Source of the DNA: Candidatus Avelusimicrobium alvi
GTDB taxonomy: Bacteria > Elusimicrobiota > Elusimicrobia > Elusimicrobiales > Elusimicrobiaceae
NCBI GenBank assembly: GCA_905200775.1
Contig: CAJKLQ010000001.1
Location: 1-51,087 of the forward strand
Direction of reading: 5' to 3'
Length of the DNA stretch: 51,087 bases
The position numbers and the translations under genes are program-made. The notes under the pieces were generated by a model. That model made no database searches. It was not told where the DNA came from and saw nothing but the letters and a program-made list of their open reading frames with translations. This document shows, piece after piece, positions 46,533-51,087 of the stretch (position 1 is the first letter of the stretch; each line of letters begins with the position of its first letter).

Positions 46533-48503
46533 TCAGTAAAAATCGTACGGATCGGCCGACACTTTTACGGTTGCTTTTTTAGCGGGCGCAAACGCGTCCA
46601 GCGAGGCCAGCAAATCCAGCCAGCGCGCTTCGTCCGTCTTAAACAACAGATACTGCTTTTTCAACACATCCGTTTTTTTGGCGCACCACACCGGCCCCAG
46701 CACTTCCAGCGCTTTGCCGGCCCCCAGGCGTTTTATACGGGCGGTTTCGGCATTTAGCAAATCGGTCTCTTTGGCTTTTATCAGCACTTTAATCAGCCGG
46801 ACGAAAGGCGGATATAAAAAGCTTTCGCGCAGGAGCATTTCCGTTTCTGCGGCGGCGGCATAATCGCCGGCCAGGAGGGGGGAATAGTCATACGCTTCTT
46901 TGTCGGCGGCCTGGATGATTAAACGCCCGTCCACCACGCCGGAAAGATGCCCGCGCAGACTAAAAAGCATTTGGCCGTATTTTTCGGACGCGCGGAAATC
47001 CGGGCTGTCCAGCTCCAGTTCCGCGTCCAGTACCGCGGCCAGCGTCACTTTGGCTCCCCTAAGTGCGCCCGAAGCCAGCCGCGTGCCCACGATAATGTCC
47101 GCACTGCCGCTTTTCAGGGCGTTTAACGCTTCAAACCCCTGCCCGGCTTTGGTTTTTAGGGTATCCGAATCCAGGCGCAGTAAATGCGCTTTGGGAAAGA
47201 GTTTGGAAAGCTCGGTAACGATTTTCTGCGTGCCGCCGCCGCGCGATTTAAAAATCAGGTTCTGGCACTGCGGGCATTTTTGGTCCAATCCTTCGGTGTG
47301 GCCGCATTTTTTGCACACCAGGCGGTCGCCTTTTTCCGGTGTGTTTTCGCGCGCGAGGATGGCGCCGCATTTTTTGCACTTGGCGTATGCACCGCAGTTT
47401 AAACAGTAGTAAGCGTTGGAATAGCCCCGGCGGTTTAAAATAAGCAGGGCGGTTTCTTTGCGCTTTAGATTTTCGGTTAATTGTTCCAGCAGGAAGTCGG
47501 ATAAAAAGCGGTTCTTTTCGCCTTTCTTGTCGGTCAGTTTGATTTGCGGCGCAAACGCGCGGCCCGGCACGGGTTCTTTAAAAGCAAGCTCCTGCACGCT
47601 TCCGTCTTGGACGAGTTTTAACATCTCCAGGCTGGGCGCGGCGGACGCAAAAATGAGCGCGCACCCGTGCGTTTTGGCGCGGAAAAGCAGTAAATCGCGC
47701 AGGTGGTAATAGGGTTTGTTTTCTTCCTGCTTATAGTTGTCGTCCCCTTCGTCCAGCACGGCGGCGAGGCGCAGGTTTTTAAACGGCAGAAGCGCGCCGG
47801 AGCGCGTGGAAATCACCACGCAGGGCAGGCCGTTGGAAACGGCGGAAAAGTATTTTTTCTTTTTGGAAAGGAGCATCCGGCTGTGCCAGCAGAACACGTT
47901 GGCCGCGCCAAAACGTTCTTCGGCCTCGGCGATAAACTGCCGCGCGGCCGCAATATCCGGCACCGTGATTAAGGCCTGCCCGTATCCGGCCAGCACGTCG
48001 CCCGCCAGGCGCAGCACCGTTTCGGTTTTGCCCGTATACGAAGGACCGTTAAACAGCACCGGGTGAAATTCATACGCCGGAAACGAGCGGACGGTTTTTA
48101 AAGCGTTTTCCTGCGAAGGCGTAAGCGCGAAAGAGGGGGTTTTTACGTCAATAACGACGGAAGAGGGCGCGCTGTCCGGCTTAAAATAGGGCTGCGGAGG
48201 AACGAGGGAAAAAAGGATTTGCCCAATCGGCCCGCCCCAGCGGCTTTTCATAAAGCGCATTAAGGGAAACAGGTCCGAACCAAACAGCGGGCGCGGGTCT
48301 ACAACGGAAGCGATTTCTTTTAATTTGATACCTTCCGGCGCGGTGTTTATTTCGCTTACCGACACCACCATCCCGCCCGTCAGCACGCGGCCAAATGGCG
48401 CCGTTACGCGCACGCCGGGAGCGATTTTAGCTTCCAGCTCGGCGGGAACGGCGTAGTCAAAATCGCGGTCCAGCGGGACGTCATACACCACTTTGCAGTA
48501 CAT
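46533..48503 (-). CDS. priA: Primosomal protein N' (PriA), helicase motifs degenerate
   Basis: FDY...GVRVTAPFG 3'-binding domain, GKTE, YKQE, LNRRGY, four CxxC, YPPF. Confidence 0.9.
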   Translation of the reverse strand: MYCKVVYDVPLDRDFDYAVPAELEAKIAPGVRVTAPFGRVLTGGMVVSVSEINTAPEGIKLKEIASVVDPRPLFGSDLFPLMRFMKSRWGGPIGQILFSLVPPQPYFKPDSAPSSVVIDVKTPSFALTPSQENALKTVRSFPAYEFHPVLFNGPSYTGKTETVLRLAGDVLAGYGQALITVPDIAAARQFIAEAEERFGAANVFCWHSRMLLSKKKKYFSAVSNGLPCVVISTRSGALLPFKNLRLAAVLDEGDDNYKQEENKPYYHLRDLLLFRAKTHGCALIFASAAPSLEMLKLVQDGSVQELAFKEPVPGRAFAPQIKLTDKKGEKNRFLSDFLLEQLTENLKRKETALLILNRRGYSNAYYCLNCGAYAKCKKCGAILARENTPEKGDRLVCKKCGHTEGLDQKCPQCQNLIFKSRGGGTQKIVTELSKLFPKAHLLRLDSDTLKTKAGQGFEALNALKSGSADIIVGTRLASGALRGAKVTLAAVLDAELELDSPDFRASEKYGQMLFSLRGHLSGVVDGRLIIQAADKEAYDYSPLLAGDYAAAAETEMLLRESFLYPPFVRLIKVLIKAKETDLLNAETARIKRLGAGKALEVLGPVWCAKKTDVLKKQYLLFKTDEARWLDLLASLDAFAPAKKATVKVSADPYDFY

Positions 48504-48523
48504 ATCAAAATCCGGGGATAAAT

Positions 48524-49456
48524 TTATTTCGCGCCTTTAAGGCCCAGTTCGGCCATAACCATCTGCAGGTCAATCCAGGCGTCTTTTTTCCAGCCCGGGT
48601 TGCGCAGCAGCGCGGCGGGGTGAAAGGTGGCCAGAATTTTAACGGGGCGGGGGAGCGAAACCGAATCCAGACGCAAATCGTAGAATTTGCCGCGCAGCGC
48701 GCCCAGGGACTTGGCGTCCGATATGAGCGCCTTGGCCGACACGCCGCCCAGCGCCACGACGTATTTCGGGCAGATAATGGAGATCTGTTTTTCAATATAT
48801 TTGCGGCAGCAGGCGATTTCGCCCGCGTTCGGCGCGCGGTCGTTGCCGTGTTTCTCGGGATGGAGCGGATCCGTCATCGGGTGGCATTTGGCGATGTTGG
48901 CGATAAACACCTCTTCGCGTTTCAGCCCCATGGCGGCAATCATTTTGTCTAACAGCTGCCCGGCGCGGCCCACAAAGGGGCGGCCCTGGCGGTCTTCTTC
49001 AAATCCGGGGCCTTCGCCCACAAACATCACATCGGCGTTCACGTTGCCCTCGCCCGGTACGGCGTTGATGCGCGTAGACCCCAGGGGACAGCGGGAACAG
49101 TTTTGAATGGTTTGGGCCAGTTCGGCCAAAGCGGCGGTTTTTTCGGCGGCAGTCATAACGGCCTCCAGCGGTTCGGGGGCCGCCGCGCCGTCAAAAACGG
49201 GAACGTCCTGCACGGGAACGGAGGGGCGGCCGGCTGACGCGCGGGCGGCCTCGCGCTCTTTGGCGCGGGGGAATTCCACCGTCAGCGTTTCGCCCTCGGG
49301 CATTTGCGGGGGGCGGGCGCTATCCTGCGCGGGCTCGGACGAAACAACGGCGGCCGCGCGCGAAGGCGCAGCCGCCGAAATAAATTCATCTTCGTCCTGG
49401 GCGGCCAGAAAAGTTTTAAAATCCGAAGCCAGCCGGCGCAGAGAATCGCTTTTCAT
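48524..49456 (-). CDS. Uracil-DNA glycosylase, family 4 (Fe-S)
   Basis: CSRCPL, GEGPG, GRPFVGRAG, NIAKC, TFHPAALLR. Confidence 0.93.
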   Translation of the reverse strand: MKSDSLRRLASDFKTFLAAQDEDEFISAAAPSRAAAVVSSEPAQDSARPPQMPEGETLTVEFPRAKEREAARASAGRPSVPVQDVPVFDGAAAPEPLEAVMTAAEKTAALAELAQTIQNCSRCPLGSTRINAVPGEGNVNADVMFVGEGPGFEEDRQGRPFVGRAGQLLDKMIAAMGLKREEVFIANIAKCHPMTDPLHPEKHGNDRAPNAGEIACCRKYIEKQISIICPKYVVALGGVSAKALISDAKSLGALRGKFYDLRLDSVSLPRPVKILATFHPAALLRNPGWKKDAWIDLQMVMAELGLKGAK

Positions 49457-49458
49457 AC

Positions 49459-49755
49459 TTACAGTTTCATCGGTTCTTTGGCTTTGCGTTCCGCTTCTTT
49501 GCGGGCTTCTTCCTGGGCTTTTAATTCGGCTTCCAGGTTTTCTTTGCTGATGCGCAGCACTTCTTCTTTGGAAACGCGGTTGGACAGAATGTCGTCCAAC
49601 GCCACTTTGATGACGACGGCGTGGGGTTCGTTTTTGTATTCGTCTTTTTTCTTCAGCTCTTTGGCCCAGATGGACGCGAGCACGACCACGTCGTAGCGGT
49701 CTCCGTCGTAGTTCATCAGTTTGGCGTCAAATTCTTTGTCATTTTTTACGGACAT
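49459..49755 (-). CDS. rpoZ: RNA polymerase omega subunit
   Basis: DRYDVVVLASIWAKEL...VALDDI; directly after gmk; start moved to 49755. Confidence 0.8.
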   Translation of the reverse strand: MSVKNDKEFDAKLMNYDGDRYDVVVLASIWAKELKKKDEYKNEPHAVVIKVALDDILSNRVSKEEVLRISKENLEAELKAQEEARKEAERKAKEPMKL

Positions 49756-49772
49756 ATTCGCTCCTTCGCTAC

Positions 49773-50366
49773 CTACTTCAGATTTTTGATTTTTAAATCC
49801 TGCCGTATTACCCGGCACTGTTCGGCCGCGATGATGCCGGCCATTTTTTCCACGGCTTCCTTCAAATCGTCATTGAGCAGGGCGTAATCGTAACGGTCCA
49901 GCTCCTGCATTTCTTTTTTGGCGGTTTCCAGACGGATTTCAATGTCCTGCGTATTGTCGTTGCGGCCCAGGATGCGCTTTTTAAGCTCTTTTAAACTGGG
50001 GGGAACGATGAACACGGTGGCCGCGTCCGGGTATTGCGCCTTGACGGTGCGCGCGCCCTGTACGTCAATCACCAAAATGGGGCAGATGCCTTTTTTCATC
50101 AGGCTGTCCACCGATTTTTTGGGAATGCCGTAATAATGCGTATGCACTTGCGCCCACTCAAGCATCTGGCCTTTTTTGATGGCCTGTTCAAACTGTTTGA
50201 TGCTCCAGAACAGATAGTCCGCGCCGTCTTTTTCTCCCTTGCGCGGCGCACGGGTGGTGGCGGTAATCACGCGCGAGACGGTTTTGTCACGCTTGAGTAC
50301 GGCGTCCACGATGGTCGTCTTGCCTGCGCCGGAGGGCGATGAAACGATGATGGGGAAAGCTTTCAT
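49773..50366 (-). CDS. gmk: Guanylate kinase
   Basis: SPSGAGKTT, TTRAPRKGEKDGADY, IDVQGA, FIVPPS. Confidence 0.97.
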   Translation of the reverse strand: MKAFPIIVSSPSGAGKTTIVDAVLKRDKTVSRVITATTRAPRKGEKDGADYLFWSIKQFEQAIKKGQMLEWAQVHTHYYGIPKKSVDSLMKKGICPILVIDVQGARTVKAQYPDAATVFIVPPSLKELKKRILGRNDNTQDIEIRLETAKKEMQELDRYDYALLNDDLKEAVEKMAGIIAAEQCRVIRQDLKIKNLK

Positions 50367-50499
50367 TTTTATATTTTAGTAAATAATCCCCCGGGCGTAA
50401 AGGGGAAAAAGCGGAAAAACGCCTGCCGGCGGGCAACAAGAAGAAGCCGAAACAAAAGCCGCCTGCCGGACGGCGGGCGGCGTAAAAAACGGCGGCCTG

Positions 50500-50592
50500 T
50501 TAAACGGCTGAAAACGTGTTCTGTCTGCCCTGGGTGGAGACGGCAATAAACTCCATACTCATAATCAAAAAATTATCGGCGGATAGTTGCAT
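50500..50592 (-). CDS. Unannotated 30-aa small ORF (MQLSADNFLIMSMEFIAVSTQGRQNTFSAV)
   Basis: SD AGGAGG 7 nt upstream, own promoter-like elements, downstream GC hairpin + T run. Confidence 0.55.
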   Translation of the reverse strand: MQLSADNFLIMSMEFIAVSTQGRQNTFSAV

Positions 50593-50616
50593 AAGTAAGC
50601 CTCCTGTTATATTTAC

Positions 50617-50706
50617 AGTATGGCTTTTTGCGCTTATTAAAACCAGGGTCTTTGGACCTATTTGCACCGGGAAAAAGGGCCCAGAACGGCGGGACCGTAC
50701 GGCCTA
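50617..50706 (-). promoter_or_regulatory. Promoter with three phased TRGGYC-N4-GRCCC-like boxes
   Basis: Boxes at 50645-60, 50668-83 (half-degenerate), 50691-706; -10 CATACT at 50622-50617. Confidence 0.6.
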
Positions 50707-51087
50707 TTGCCCGGCGCCCAGAGATTTTAAATAGGCCGCTATCCGGGCGTGTTTGTATTTTTTGGCCAGCGCAAGCGGCGTCATCCCCGCGGCGTCTTTT
50801 AAGTGAATGTCCGCGCCTTTTTCCACCAGTATCCGAATAACCGCCACGCCGCTCTGGCAGGCCGCGGCCGCATGCAGGGGGGAACCGCCGAAGTTGTCCA
50901 GCGCGTCCACTTCCGCGCTGTTTTTAAGCAGAAATTTGCACATAGCAGCCAGTCCGCATTCCGCCGCAATATGCAGCGGGGTCTGGCCGTCGTCCGTTTC
51001 GTGGGCCACGGTATAGCCCTGATCCAGCAGTTGGTCCGCCAGCGTAAAATCGTTGCGAAAGACGGCTTGATGGAGGGGAAAGCGGTT
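50704..51087 (-). CDS. Ankyrin-repeat protein (5' end outside window)
   Basis: FPLHQAV, GQTPLHIAA, GGSPLHAAA, GMTPLALA repeats; frame open to the window edge. Confidence 0.92.
   Translation of the reverse strand, partial: NRFPLHQAVFRNDFTLADQLLDQGYTVAHETDDGQTPLHIAAECGLAAMCKFLLKNSAEVDALDNFGGSPLHAAAACQSGVAVIRILVEKGADIHLKDAAGMTPLALAKKYKHARIAAYLKSLGAGQ

Noticed and set aside
49150..49456. N-terminal Pro/Ala-rich extension of UDG as a novel domain
   Set aside because: Low-complexity extensions are common in family-4 UDGs

Overview
GC-rich bacterial chromosome segment, probably Elusimicrobiota/Elusimicrobiaceae (inferred from the scattered 'GFTLIELLVVVLIIGILSA-ALPQY' PilE-like genes). It is mostly housekeeping: the 3' end of tRNA-Ala(CGC), hisS-aspS, lipA, glyQS, recO, rpmH-rnpA-yidD-yidC-khpB, mnmE-mnmG-rsmG, a reduced dcw cluster (rsmH-ftsL-ftsI-murF-mraY-ftsW-murG), a SmtB/CadC repressor plus P1B ATPase, mltG, tyrS, priA, a family-4 UDG, rpoZ and gmk, interspersed with secreted hypothetical proteins. 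No CRISPR array, transposase, integrase or phage gene was seen. The main unexplained signals are non-coding. (1) A ~480-nt minus-strand transcription unit (13472->12990) has a consensus promoter and terminator, long-range pairing and 12 GUAA motifs; it is a candidate protein-sponge RNA. (2) A second, highly structured ~250-nt RNA candidate lies at 42.87-43.12 kb. (3) A TRGGYC-N4-GRCCC operator sits at an identical distance from the -10 box at three unlinked promoters, one of which drives an unannotated 30-aa ORF. (4) A tRNA-3'-end-derived 113-bp tandem repeat follows the tRNA. (5) A poly(T)12 tract lies in a pilin promoter spacer. (6) Many housekeeping genes look leaderless. All calls are by eye, without database searches.
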